A stretch of DNA of 64,000 bases from Candidatus Omnitrophota bacterium (GCA_020052955.1 JAGVOB010000004.1:12522-76521); one strand, 5' to 3'; numbered from the stretch's first letter, positions 28,301 to 43,300 are shown. The notes: generated from the sequence alone by a model not told the origin. Program-made: numbers and translations.

Positions 28301-31300
28301 AGTAGACATCGATGGCAATGATCGGATTCCGTTAGGACAGCGTGTTGGCATATCATGGCATTCCATTGAAGATGATCTTTATCATTCTTGGAACTTTTTA
28401 TTAACTGCTTTATATGTTGACGCAAAATCCTTGCCCGAAATAAAAATTGATTTTGAAAACTTTATTCAAAGGTTTCCTGAAAGCTACCGCCATTTAAAAA
28501 ATACTTCATTCGTAGAAGTTTTCACTACTACGATAAAGCTATTATCATATGAAAGGAAAGAAGGCTTTTCTAATGAGACAGGTAGTATGATGATGGGAGA
28601 TCTTCCAATATTGTATAAGTATGTACGAATTTTAAGATTAGATGAGATTGGCATGTTAAATTCTTTTAGTTTTGGCACAGGTGAATTGGGAAAAAGTGAA
28701 GAAAAAACAAAGCTACTGTTTGCTGAGGTTGGGCGGGATATATATCAACAATCTGGAATAATGTTTGTAGATAGAAAAGAATCGTTAATTCCTGAGTCTG
28801 ATGTATTGAAAGATATTAAAACACTAGAAGGTGGCATATCTCTTGAAGAGCATAATGATATATTTGTTATTCAAGAATGGAAGATGTCAGGTGAACCTAC
28901 TATTGAAGAATGGGCTTTCAGCGATCCAAAACATTTTTGGGAAATTGTTGAAAAAATTAGAGTAAACAGCGAACAGGCTACAGAGAAACATGTTAATCTT
29001 GATTTTCCTTTCACTTTAGAAGATGTGCAATTGCGCCTTGAAAATAAAATGCTAAATGTCTCAGATTTTATTACCTATGGGTCGCCATATTTAAAAGAAA
29101 AAATCGCATCTACTACAAAATCAGTGGAGCTACTTGATTTATTAACAGTTGATGCAGATGTTAAATTTGTTGTTATAAACAACCCAAATACTTCACTTGA
29201 GACGTTAATGCGATTATCCTCCGATCCTGATAGAGAAGTGAGAAGATCTATAGCGATCAATACAGCAACTACTCCTGCGATGTTAATAGAGTTGACATCT
29301 GATTCAGAAGCCAATGTTAGGTTTGTCGCTGCTTTTAATGAAAACGCACCGCTTGTTGCCGTTGCTCTCGCAGTTTTTCTGAAATCAGATGAATATATGA
29401 GCCTTAACTATAGCGCCACATATGATAATAGGCCAACAATAGATGAAATGTTTCAAAATCGTTACTTTGGTCTTGGAACTCATATGGTTAAGATATATAA
29501 CCAATGGAATGGAATTTTACCAGGCGAGAGGCTTCCATCTGATCTAATCGAGAAATTAATTCAAGCCGAACCACTCTTTAAACGCGCAGTTGAAGAATTG
29601 CCGGATAAAACCTGGGATGAGGTTCCTATAACAGGAGATATCAATAAGGATGTAACCGCATTAATCAATGCTGTAGAAACAGCACTAAATACCAAAGCAC
29701 AAGCACCCGAACTACCCACCCTAACCTCACAGCTACAACAGCAGCCCCCATACCTTGTAGGCTTTTTGGCAACACCCGGCATGCTTGTATTCCTAACCAG
29801 GATTAGAGACTGGCTAAGAAGGAATAAGAGGAGAGTGATATTAACGCTATCTATATTATCGCCTATTCTATTACTTGCAGGTGCTTATGCAGGAGCGCGT
29901 ATCTATGGAAGTGGCTTCTCTCTTGAACATGCCATTCAACTACCAGCACCAATGCCAACGGTTGAGCAGATAGATGGTAAATGGATTATGAATGGAAGGG
30001 CTGCCTCTGATAAAACCCTTGAGGCAGTTGATATAAAGGCAATTGATACTGCAATTACAGAAGGCAAAGCCGACAGATTATTCTGGGAAGGAATATTCTC
30101 CAATTACCCAAAAGACGTCCCGGTATCTTATCTTATAACACCAGAGCGCATTAAGGCTCTATACGAGACAAAGCAATTAGACCATCTCTTTAACGGCCTA
30201 AGGACACAGCCTGATTTACTATACAGATATTTCTCTGAAATTTCAGAAAGCCAAATGACAGACTTTGCCAGATACTTCGCCACCCTTAAACCCGGTACAA
30301 GACAGCAAGTATTTGACATATTATACCATCGCTTAAGAAACGACCTACTTATCTTAGAGAATTTAGGCACTATAAAACCCGGATATTCTACCTTACTAAC
30401 ACAGTCCAACCGTATGGAAATCCTCTATGCTACAATGACCCAAATGCTAAATAGAATGACTCCATTGCCTGTAGGTGAACTCCCAGACGGCCCTGTTGCT
30501 CCTATGCCTGTTATGGGTCTTACAAGAGAGCGTTCTATAGATAACCTCTACAGAACATTTGAAGAGGTTATCACAGACTATAAAAATCAAGGCTATACCA
30601 TAACACTGCCTACACCTGATAGCGTTAATGTTTCTGAAGTGGTTGGGTTAATTGGATACTACAACAGCCTACCTGATTTTTCTTTGAGAGATAATCAATC
30701 TGCGCAGCTCCTTGAGTGGGTTTTAAAACAGACTGACCCAGAGAATCCATCTGCGCATATGGTAAGTGATAGAGAGCTCTTGATAGAAGCAATGCGATTA
30801 TCCGCTGGGCCAGATAGAACAATAGATTTATTTAAGGTTATAGCGACCATCGGGCATTATTATAAAGCAATGGCTAGAGCCCCATATTTAATCCTCGGTG
30901 GCCCTGAAGCTCGTGCTAATGAAGATGGTCCAACCTTTATAGGCAGACGTCACGACCATATGCTTTTGGTCTACTCTTTAGACCCAAAAGTTGAATATAG
31001 TGTGGATGAAAATGGCCAGCCGGTCTTACGCTGGAGACCAGTGGATGCGGATGGTAATGATTGGATTCCGGAAGGTGAACGTGTTGGAATTAACTGGCAT
31101 GCCATTGATGATAATCTTTATCATTCTTGGAATTTTATTCTCACAAATCTATATATCGAGGCCAAGTCTCTTAAAGAAATCGGTAACGACTGGGAGAGTT
31201 TTTATCAAAGATACCCATCCTCAAATGAATATAAATCTATGAAAAGCACTTCCTTCTTAGATGTTTTTGTTGCGGGTATAAGAATGTTACAAAACCCAGA

Positions 31301-34300
31301 ATCCGCCGGTAAGGTAGGTACTGCAAATGAACAAGATCTCCCATTGTTTAATAAGTATTTACACCTTGCCGGTATAGATGAGTTTTTCTTACGGTACTTT
31401 ACTTTTGGGTTATTTGGATATATAGAACGAGGCGGTAGTGAACCGCTAACTAAAGCAATATTTGCAGAAGTTGGAAGAAGAATCTATCAGAAGACAGCAG
31501 ATGGTGAATCCGACGTAACTTTGGTACAACATCCTGAAATATTAGTTTCTGGCACCTGGAACATTAGAACTATCGGAGGCGGTAGATCGCTTGCAGAGTA
31601 TAACGATAGCATTATAAGAGAATGGAGGGTGTTGGGTAAACCTTCAATTATCAAATGGGCTTCAGATGATCCTGAAAGATTTTGGGAAGTTGTTGCAGCA
31701 ATTGATCAACTTACTCTATTGGCGAAGTTAACAAATGCCAGTATTAACCCTCCTTTTACTGTAGAAAGTGTAATATCGGCTATTGAGGAAGGGACTTTAG
31801 TAAATGAGTATCCCTCATTTAACCATTGGAAGCAAGATATTTTATCTTATCCGCCAGAGGTGCTCGATATATTAGCCTTAGATACTGACCCCGAGGTGCG
31901 AAGAATCGTAGCAGAAGATATAGAAGCTTCACCCAAGGCATTAGGATTTTTAGCCTTGGATTCAGATCGTGAAGTGAGGATATATGTAGCAGCTAATAAG
32001 GGCGGTAATGTTCCGGCTGACGCATTAATGTTGTTGATTAGGGATAAGGATCCTTTGATAAGCGGGCATGCGATATATAATCAAAATACTCCTCTTGCCG
32101 GTCTTGTCCTTGGAATGTCCCTTGTAAGTGATAATAGTCAGATTAAAATTAAAGATATAGAATCCCAATTATCACAAAGATTTAATGGTTTAGGTACTCA
32201 TATATTTATTGTCTATAGCCGGTGGAATGATATTTCGCAGGAACAGGAAATCCCACCAGAAGTAATCAACCAACTTCTTGCGGCCGAACCTCTCTTTAGG
32301 CGCGCAGTTGAAGAATTGCCAGATAAGACCTGGGATGAGGTTCCTATAACGGGGGATATTAATAAGGATGTAACCGCATTAATCAATGCTATTGAAACAG
32401 CATTAAATACCAAAGCACAAATACCTGAGCTACCAGGTTTAGCGCCAACACAGCCCGCTGTACCTGCGCAGTTACCCACCCCCACCTCACAGCTACAACA
32501 GCAGCCCCCATACCTTGCCGGCTTTTTGGCAACACCCGGCATGCTTGTATTCCTTGGCAAAATTAAAGACTGGCTTAGGAGGAATAAAAGGAGAGCGATA
32601 TTAACAGCAACAACCATAGGATTATTACTCTGTTTTGGAGCAGGTGCCACTTATTTTATAGTTAACCGTACGCAACAGCCTGTAGTTACGACAACCTATA
32701 CAATAACAGATCTGGATAGTTTGCTGGTTAAATTAAACAGCACAAACCGCATAGTAAGACAGCAAGCCTCTGAGGAGATAGCGCGGTTAGCATATGATAA
32801 TCCTCAAGAGGCAATAAATATTATTAACAGGCTTGAGAGATGGTCTATAGAGGTTCTAAATACCCCTGATAAAAAATTGAAATGCTATCCTGAACTTTTG
32901 GATGCCATAGTTAAAATCGGAACCCATATATATAGTGATAAGGAACTGGATAGACAAATCACAGAGGCAGCATTCGCAAAGCTCTTAGAGTTCTTTGATA
33001 CTGAGAATGAACAACTTGCAGGGTTTGTCCGTGACGCGATACTCAATTTTGCAAACAGGGTTAATACGCCAGAGGTGTTGAGCAAAACAGTAAAGATTGA
33101 TGTTTTAAGAGGAAATCTTGAGCGTTCAGACAGCGGTCTTAGGGCTATATACAATTTATTGGGGACATCAAAGAATGACAGGGTAAGAGAGATAATTTTA
33201 AAGATGTTAGAAGAACTACCTACAAGAGCACCCATTTTTGACCCGGCACATACAGGAGGTTTGTGGTTTAGGTATCTTTTTGAGGCATTTATGCCCATAA
33301 TTTCAGATGGCAGAAATAAACAGTTAAGCGACCTTGCTGCGAGGGTATTGGTGCAGGTGACAGTATCCCAGATTAAATCTACCGAAACCCATGGTTTTTC
33401 AGAGGGCGATATTTATCTTGTTACAAACGGCTATCTTATAGGAACAGGTCTTCCTGGAGGGATTAGCGATTACAGAAACTTCTTTACACCCATTACAGGT
33501 GAAATTGACCAGGTAAGGGCTAAGGGCGACAAGTTTACAGAACTGAGACTTCTCTGGGTGCTTGAGCAGTTAGGGATAAAAGTTATTATAAGCGGGATAG
33601 AACGAACAGATAATCAGGGAAGGATTATTGCGGAAAACCAGGTTCAGGGATTAGTGGAGTATCTAAATAAAAACTATCCTGCTGATTCAGGTAATTTAAC
33701 CATTACTAAAGTTGTGGCGCATAGAACACTTATTGCAATGACAGGAGGAAGACTTCAGAGATATGTTGAGACAGCGCAGAACCTGCCGGGCGTGTGGGAA
33801 AGAAGAACCGAGTACAACAATCTAACCTCTTCCATTGGAAACTCAATATCAGTGCTTGAACAGGCGTATAATTCCACCGACCCGGTTCTTCATGAATTGG
33901 CAGTGGTATCTATGTTAGATTTGCTTAAGAATGACTTTACCACTCCAAGGGAAGTTTATGAACCGCTGATAAGACTTTTAGTAGAAAAAGCTAATAAGGG
34001 CGATACAGACGCAAGCAAGATATTAATTGCCGTTGTAAGCGATGCAGATATAGGATTTGAAATTGTTGAACCTCTCTTTAGAATCCAGGGCGTAAACATA
34101 GGTGTTAGATCCGGCTTCCAACCTACTGACACATATGTAAGGAGATTTACGAATGAAAGGGTTGATGAAAAGTTGAGAGCCCAGTATGCCCAGATGGCCC
34201 AAGGCGATATTAATTATATAGCGCTGGGCAATTTATTAGAAGTCAAAAATGTGCTTTCAGAACAGGGAGATATTGCCAATGCCTCTGAGAGCTTAACGTT

Positions 34301-37300
34301 GGCATTAGGTATTAGGAATATATTGCTGGTTAATGAAGATAATCCGGATGCTAAAAGATTGCTCCCTCTTATGGATGAGACAATTATTTCCCTGATTAAT
34401 ACAAAGATAGTAACTTCAGATGACAGGGTGGAATTTGCGATGAGCGATGCGCAGGTAAATGAGTTGTTAAATTCGTTGGCTAAAGCGGATAAATTTTACG
34501 ATTTAAGGTTAATTGAAGGAATGCTAAATACCAGAGGTATTTCCTCAATAAATAGCGATACATTAAGAACAATAGATAGTTATGCATTTAAAGCAATATT
34601 AACTGGAAACTATGAAGAGGCAGAGTTTGGAAAAAGAGTATATACAATAATATTTACCAGCAATCCTACAATAAGTGACCATACAAACGAACTCATCAAT
34701 GCCTTAAAGACAGCTGACCTGCTAAGGGCAAGGGTTATATTGGATGCCCTTTATTCAATCAATTTGGTAAAACCATTGACAACGGACCAGACCGGAGAAT
34801 TGTTAAAACCAGAGAGCCTCTGGGCATTATTTGATTCAAGCGATGCCCAATTAAGCCAGCTGGCCGAGAATCTTATCCTTTCCCTGCTTATTTATAATGC
34901 AGATGATAGCCAATATCTATCAGCGCTTAACCATATAACAAGCATATTTAACACTAACTTAAGGGCCAGCGCCTCAACTATTACAAAGGCATACAGGCTG
35001 ACAGATATGGTTACCTATCTTGAGGGTTTACGTCCTATACGGGATGAGCAAACCAGGCAAGCCCTGTATGCGGCGATGAACCCGTATTTACCGCAGGAGG
35101 GAAGGCTTCCTGTTGTAGCGCTTGAGGCACAGGAACTTGAACAGAAGATTGAAACCGCCAGAGCAGATATCAATGCTATCCTAAATAAAACAGGCCTTAG
35201 CGATGAGCAAAAATGGCAGCTGATAGAGCCTATTATGTTCGGCATAGAAGACGATGAAATAAAGGGCATAATAGAAGAAGGAAGGATTTATACCCTGCCA
35301 AGAGAGCGCGAGTTAATCAGGATGACATTGACAGAAATTGCAGTTTCGCCGTCAACATCTCCATATATTACAAGAAAAATGGTTGATAAGTTGATGGCGC
35401 TTGTTGAAGAGGAGCTTAAGAGACCTGTGTTTGAGGATATAGAGCAGGAACCCCTTGCTCCCGGAGAGGCGAGAGATCTTGGTTATGCCTCAATGCTTGT
35501 TAAGACAGCGGGTTCAATAATAGGTTTAAGCCGGCTTGATTATACAGCTGAAATCTCCAGGATGAAGGCGTGGCTGGTTCTTAGCGTTAACGAAGGAAAC
35601 AGCATCACAGAAGAGCATCTTATAGATGCAAGGAAGAGCTCTTTTTCAAGCGATCCGAACAGAGTGCTCAGACTCGCGAACAAAAGGAATTATGTGTGGC
35701 TTACAACAGGCCTGATAGAGGCGCTGGGAGAATCAGGAACCAACATATACGCGGACAGGGATGATATAGTAAATGCCGTATCCCCTTATTTAGGCAAATG
35801 GGATAAATACGTTGATTCCTCTGTCTTTAAGGCGCTTATGAGAATTGGTATGCACCAGGGGACATCAAGCGCTACCTCGCAGCATATCATCAGAAATATC
35901 CTCACGCCTTATATAGAAGATGTGTCAAAACCCCTTGAGCGCAGGGTTATGGCATCCGAGGCAGTTATAAATATTTCCATAGAGTCAAATGTGGATGTGA
36001 CAGATGGACTGCGCAATCTGATGTTTGATATATCCAAGAGGTATATAACGAAACCACTTGCCCAGAGGGACGAGGATATTTCATACAGGTCCATATATGT
36101 GCTGGGCTCGCTCGCTCTTTTAAGAAATACAACGGAAAAGATGAGGACAGATTCAATCAATTTACTGGTTGATTATCTCGGCAATAAGGAGGAATTTGCG
36201 CTTGCGCGCTCTGAGAGCACCCATATGTTAGGCGAGATAGCGTATAACGGATACATGCCGAGAGGGCTTATCCAGCCCATCGCAGATGGACTCTATAATT
36301 ACAGTGCGGATACAGAGGAGGATATTTTTGTAAGGGCTATGGCAACCAGGGCGTGGTTAAGATTTGCTGAAAACGAAAATATAGTTGCTACGGAAGAAGA
36401 CATAGCGCTGATGAACGACAGGGTTGTAGAATTGTATGAAGAACTCGAGCAATTGCTTAAGGTTGCCAGGGGCGGCTATGCGGCGCTTTCAGATGAAGCC
36501 AGAAGAATAGTAAGCGATGTGTATAACTGGTCGGCAAGCCAATATGAAGCGGCTCAGGAATTAAATTCGATTAATGAGAAACTTCAGGAAATGCGACTTC
36601 GCGAGCAAGTGATAGATGGAAAATTAAAGGGATTGACTGTTGCGCTAAACAAAGTCAGGGATATAGGAAAGCCTTTGCCAAAGGTTGAATATGAGGAGGG
36701 GACACTCTATCTTGTGTATCAGCGGAATCTTAATTTTATAATATCCTTAGGCATGGGAGGTTATGATGCTGAAAACTTCGCAAACTATATGACCGATTAC
36801 GGGCTTAGCGAATCCTTTATGAGACTCTACCTTGCTAATCTGAAAGAGTTGTATGGCTTGGGCTATAAAGTAGGAGACGCAGAATACTGGGCTGAGGTTA
36901 TAACTATAGGCAATCTTTCTCCAGACTATGTGCCGAAATTTGAGAAACTTCGCGACGAGTTAATGGAGAGTTTTGACTTAGATGTAGGCGACGCAAGTAA
37001 TTTAGCGCACTTTATGCTGATAAGTGGAGAGAAGGTACATTATGTCAGACTTCTTCTTGATAGCGTCAAGCGCATTATGGACAGCTATCCGGATATGGAT
37101 AAGGGCGATGCCTATTATTGGGCGCACTATCAGATAGTTACTGGCACAAGCGGAGTAGATTTTGTTAAGCTGATGGAGCATAGAGAATTTATAAGGAGTA
37201 TCGGAATATTTACAAATGAAGGCGATATAACCTATTGGGCGCGCTTTATGATGGAAATGGAATATGTAGTGGCGGAGCCTGGCGAGCCTATGAAGCAGTT

Positions 37301-40300
37301 TATGCGAACATATTTTGAGAATATGCGAATCCTTATGGAAATCGGCTTCTCCAATAAGACAGTTCAGGAAAAAGGAAGGCTGGGTTACTGGACATTGTAT
37401 ATGACGCAGACAAACTCTGACAGGGCTCATATGGAAGAGTTGTTTAAGAACAGGGTGATTGTCGAGCAGATGCTCGGGCTAAGAGAATCCGATTATGTAA
37501 CCGCCTCGCGCGATTTGAGGGAGCAGATTTTAAAAATGCAGGATTGGTCTGGTGCGCAGTATGATTTAACGGTTAAAATGAAAGAGTTTGGCTTAAAACT
37601 CAAGGAATTTCAGGGCCAATGGGAACTTCAAGAAGAGGCTCTGCAGGGCCTTAAGCAAGAATTTGTCGCTATAAGGAAACAGCTTAAACAAGCAAGGGAT
37701 GCCCGCTTACAAATCAGGCTTGACCAAAGAAAAGGCCAAGCGCCAATAACGAGAAGCGAGATCAGCAGTATTTTGGCAAAGGCAGGAATGGGTTCTGGAA
37801 CCGGAGATACAACTTACTGGTATGACACAGTATATTCTATGGGCTGGGCAAGGAGGGATTTCGAGGATCTTGTAAATTATATGGGCAAGATTAAAAAATT
37901 ATTGAAAGACTTAGATCCAGAGAGACGGATAGACCCGATCCTCGCAGGCTATTACGCCATGTTAATGGTAAATGAGGGCTATAGTCTTGATGAAATCGGC
38001 ATTATTATAAACTATACATTGGAGATATATAGCGACCCTGGGATGAAAGATTTTATCAGGCTCAACCTCCATCCGGCAGATGCGGATATCGACAAGGCCT
38101 TAAACAATATGATTCACAGCTGGGCAAGATACAGGTACGATAATCAGCTTTCAAGGGATCAGCTTAAATTATTCCTTACAAATTTACCGGAGGTATTTGA
38201 AGTTCTTTATAATAACCCGAGCGAGACAGCGTTCACGAGGGTTTTATTAAAAGAGCCGGCTGTCGAAACTAGAAAAAGAGAGATATCCCTCGCATATTTT
38301 GACGTATTCGGGATTTTGCCGAGATGGGGAGACATAAAAATAGGCGAGGTTGCAGATCAGCAGGCATGGGAATATCTAAACAGCGGTTTATCCGTAGAAG
38401 AGATAAAATCGGAACTTCAGGCTAAAAGGGATAGAGGCGAAACCATCGCAGGAACAGTGCCAGAGGTTGTTAAAAAATATGGCATAAACGACCCGTATAT
38501 CCAACTCTTTAGAGAGTTGCTTTACAGATTTCCCTACAATGAGGCAGAACTCCTTGAGCTGAAAAAATCAAGCTTAAGCGATACCAGAGAGACTATTATG
38601 GCTTCCGAGGAATTCTTTAATATTCACTTGAGACAGATAGAGCCCGATGCGATGTACTGGACACAATTTATGATAGATAATAACATGACGCCTCGGCAAC
38701 TTGAGGAATATTTTAAGTTAAAGGCTACCTTAGGACCCGTTATACCGGAAGCCTTCATGGGACAGGCCGAACCTGAATTAAGAACCGATGATGAAATAAA
38801 GGCTGTAATCTCAGTTATGTTCAGGACCATACTCAAAAGAACATCGGCCAACGAATTAGAGCTGAACTTCTGGCTAAATGTGTATAGAACAGCCGAGGCC
38901 CAGGAGGAAGGGACCGGCTTTACAGAAATAGAGAATGAATTCTATGCTTCGCGAGAATACAGGGAAAAGGTATTGGGCGACCAATGGGATGGAACGAGAT
39001 TTATCTCTGACCGCATGGGAGAATTGAGAAGGCTGTTTATTGAGATATACGGTGAAGAGCCCTCGCGGAACATATTGATATATTACGCTGAAAGCACGGG
39101 CAGACCGCTGCGTTTTACAAGACCAGGCGATGGAAATATTGAAGCAGAATTGAGAGGATTTGAGACGATAGAGGAATTGGAGGAGAGTGCTTCAAACAGG
39201 AAAGATTATATAGAAAGATTCCAAGCCCAGGGGCAACTGCTAAACATACTTATGGAACAGAGCAATCTGTCATACTGGACAAATTTTATGAGAGTGGCAG
39301 GCAAGGACATCGCCTATATGGAGAGATATTTCAAAAACAGGGAATTTATAATAAGTCTAGGTTTATTTACCGATATAGGCGACATCGGTTTCTGGACACA
39401 GTTTATGACTGATATGGAACCTGTATTGATTAAGCAGAGGATAATCTCGGGACCCGGCGAGCCGATGCAGGAATTTATGAGAAAATATTTCGCCAATATG
39501 AACGTCCTTATGAGTATCGGTTTCTCCGATAAGACAGACCAGGAAAAGGGAGAGCTTGGATACTGGACGCTGTATATGACAGTGGCAAATAAAGACGCAT
39601 CATATATGAGAAAACTGTTTAACAACATAAAGACAGCGGAGGAACTGCTCGCAAGCCGGACGGGCCAGCCTCAGCTCACCGGAGAAGAAAAGATAGGCGA
39701 GGTGGGCTATTACGCCTCATTGATTACCGAATTTGATTTATCTCGGGAGGATGCGGAGGTTCTCATAAATACCGGGACAATGCCTCAGCAGCTTCGCGCA
39801 TGGGAGAGCGAGCGCAGGCTTGGGATTATCGAGGAGATATTCGCGAGGACGCTTTACATACCGGGCCTTATTATTACGGTGCAGGATAATTCTACCAATG
39901 AAGATGTAACCGGCACGTTGAAATTTTATATTTCCAATCTTTCCTCTCCGAGCAGATTGTTAGGCAAAAAGGATGCCCTTGTCGCCATAGAATCCATAAG
40001 GGTTATTGCAAGGGATTACGGAATCCCGGCAGAACTGCAGGATGAATTGCTTGGAACCTTATTTAGTATGTTAGACACCGCAACTCACCAGGAGAGAATA
40101 GCGATATACGGAACCATATCAGAGATTATATCGAGCCCGTCTGTTCCAAAGGCAACTTTTACTGCCGCATTTAAACGGATGTTTAATTCTTATACGCTTT
40201 CTCCCGATTTATACACGGAGCCCGAACTTGTGTGGGCGCTTAGGAATACACTTGAGAAAAGGGGAAATGACATCGATTATAGTGAATTTAAGATTTTAGC

Positions 40301-43300
40301 CGATACGGCGTTAAACGACTTAAGGACATCTAGAGATAACGCAAGGCGTGCCTCAGCGGCATCCACGCTTGGCCTGATGGTAGAACTCGGCATACTGCCG
40401 ATGGATTTATATGGGCCCACCTATAACGAGTTGCGCAAAATCATCGAAGACAAAAATCAGAACAGCCGCGTAAGAACAGCAGCCGTCTGGGGCATGTGGC
40501 GCATGGGCGTTCATAATCAAATCCCTGGTGCTGATATTGATATAGTTATAAATGACCTTATTGAAGTGGTTAAGACTGGTTATGATAATGAATATCAGTT
40601 GGCAGTTATAAGCCTTGGGAATCTCGCCGAATTAGGCATTATCCCGTATTACTTAATGGATGATGTAAATACAGCAATGCTAAACAGGCTCTCCACGCTT
40701 AATACTTATAGAGATATAGACGAGACAGTTAAGGCTATAATCAGGGTTAATGGAATCGGTAATGCCTCAGCCACCATAACCGCCAAAAATACATTAAACA
40801 AATTTACTGAAATACTTTCCAATCCTAATACTGATCCATATCTTAGAAAGAACATCGCAAATGCCATTAGCACAATAATAGAAAGAAGGGCAACCCTCGA
40901 GGCAGACCAGATTTTATTCAGGGATGTATCAAGGGTAATTTTAAGTTTAATGCAAACTGCCAAGAGTGATCCGGATGCAGATGTAAGAAGAGCAGCGATT
41001 TTATCCCTAAGCAGAATCTATCGGGCAATGGAAGATACGCTGTCGCTTGGTCCAAACGGTGTTTCTTATATTGAGGAAGGAGTTGCATTTTTACAAGACT
41101 TAAAAGACCCGCAGACTCAACCAGAAGTTATCATTGCCTTAGGTGACATTGCAAAGGTATATCCAGAGCAGACGTTGATGACAGGATTGGTGAATATAAG
41201 GGATTTTGAAATAAAACCCGGCGATACTGGAAGGATATATCAGGCTAAACTTTATACTGTTTGGAGATTAGCCTCAACCCATGTTGCAACAGAACAGGAA
41301 AGAGCCTACGCGATAAGTGTATTAAGAGGTGCTTTAAAGAATAAAGATTTTAGCACCCTAATAGCCATTGACGGGCTTGGCTGGCTGGGCTATACAGGCG
41401 CTATCCCCGCAGAGGATTTAGATGCTATTATAAGAGAAGTTATTGATGCCTCTAACTCAATGCCGCGGCAGATATATCCTGAGGTTCAGGGAGAGCTTGA
41501 GAGGAGATACTTTGAATATTCAATTCCAGCATCCCTAAGGGGTGTGGTAATGCTTGAGGATGCGGTTAGCGCAAATGCCCTTTGGCGTATGGTGGTTAAT
41601 CCTGAAGACAATGTGAATAGAGAAAGCGCGCTAACAACCATTGTTACCTATGGAATACAAAACGAGACCGTTAAACCCTCTTTACACAGGGCACTTACCT
41701 GGGCTGCCTCAGCTATTCTTACAGATGTTGACACAAAACAGACTCAAGCAGGAAATCTCTTACACCTTGTATTGTCGGATTTAAATTCTGGCACAAGTTC
41801 CATAGGCATAAGACGCCAGGAAGCATTGCTTCTTGTTAGCATAGTAAAAGGGAGAGAATTGTCAGGTGATTTACAGGCTTTGGCAATCAATGCGTTGGTG
41901 GATTATTTAGGAGACCCTGTAATAGGCAACGAGGTTGTTGAATCCATAATTGATTTAGCCACAAGGCAGACTACATCTCAACCTGTTTTAGATGGGCTTA
42001 ATACGAGGCTTGATATTCTGTCCCTCACAGCTGATAAAGCCACTCTGGAGCGCATAGAAAGGATTAAAAATGCTATAACTGCTATCACCCAGGATAAGAG
42101 CGCAAGGCCGTTATATTCAAAATTGTTCTTTGGACCCTCTGGGACATTTGCAGAAACCGATGTATGGACACCCTATGGAGTATTAAGGGGCACCTTAGGT
42201 TATAACCTTGCAAAATGGGATGATATTAATATTAATGCAACAAGCGGTTTATTGGTGATAGGTTTGGATACTACCATCTCCCAGAGTTCGGAGTTAGAGG
42301 CATATGCCAATTTAAAGCACCTTGCGGTTATGATTAACCCTCAGGATACTCGCGGAGTATACCTGGATGCAATGCTCTCCGGAAATGATGCCCAGTTAAG
42401 AAAACTTATAACTGTGCTAAAAGGGAGCTCTAATGAGGTAACACTTGTTTTGTCTCCTGACCTTTCAAGGCCCGAGCAGGCAATGGCGTTTATTTCATAT
42501 ATCAACACGATAATTGAAAAAGCAGGCGGCCCTGGTAAAATACGTATTGCCTTGGCTGTCGGCACCGATGTCTCAGAAGGGACACTACAGGCTATGTTTG
42601 ACCAAAAAGACATTTCTCTGGTAAGCGAAGTGTATATCATCGGCACAAGATATGGCCAGGAAAGCCCGAGCGGTTATATAACTCCCTATGAGCTCTTTGG
42701 AGCAACCTACAGGCAGGTCGAAACATTGAAAATTCCTGTATCCATTGTCCTCCCGGCAGGAAGAGAGTTAGAATATGATGCCTCCTGGATTGAGCAGTTA
42801 AAATCAGAGATAGTACCCGGCGGAAGACTATCGAGATATACAAAAGCAGTCTATCATTATGGCTCACCGGATGAACTTTTCTTGCACGAGGAATCTGCTC
42901 AAAAGGCTCTTCAGGATACGATAGCCGCTGTCGGAGAAAGCAAGCTATCTGATCTTGAGAAACTTTATAAAGATACACTAGGCCTCACCGGCCGCGGAAT
43001 TATGGAAGGGAATTTTGAAAAGGTGGCACAGGGGCTATGGGGGAATATGCCATTTTTAGTTAAACTGTTATTTTTTATCCCAGTTTACGCCTTACTCGCT
43101 TTGATATTTAATAGGTTTATTCTGGCAAGGAGAAAAATTTCCATATTATATCTAGATATAACGAAAGAAATCCGAAATAAAATTTCAGCCTCAGCCACCT
43201 ATTCTACTTATAATTTCAAAATGGTTTTGGCTATTTCAATTGCTATTATGGCAACTTCTCTAATATTGGGGGTATCAATGCCATGGGTTTTTGCTCGAGG

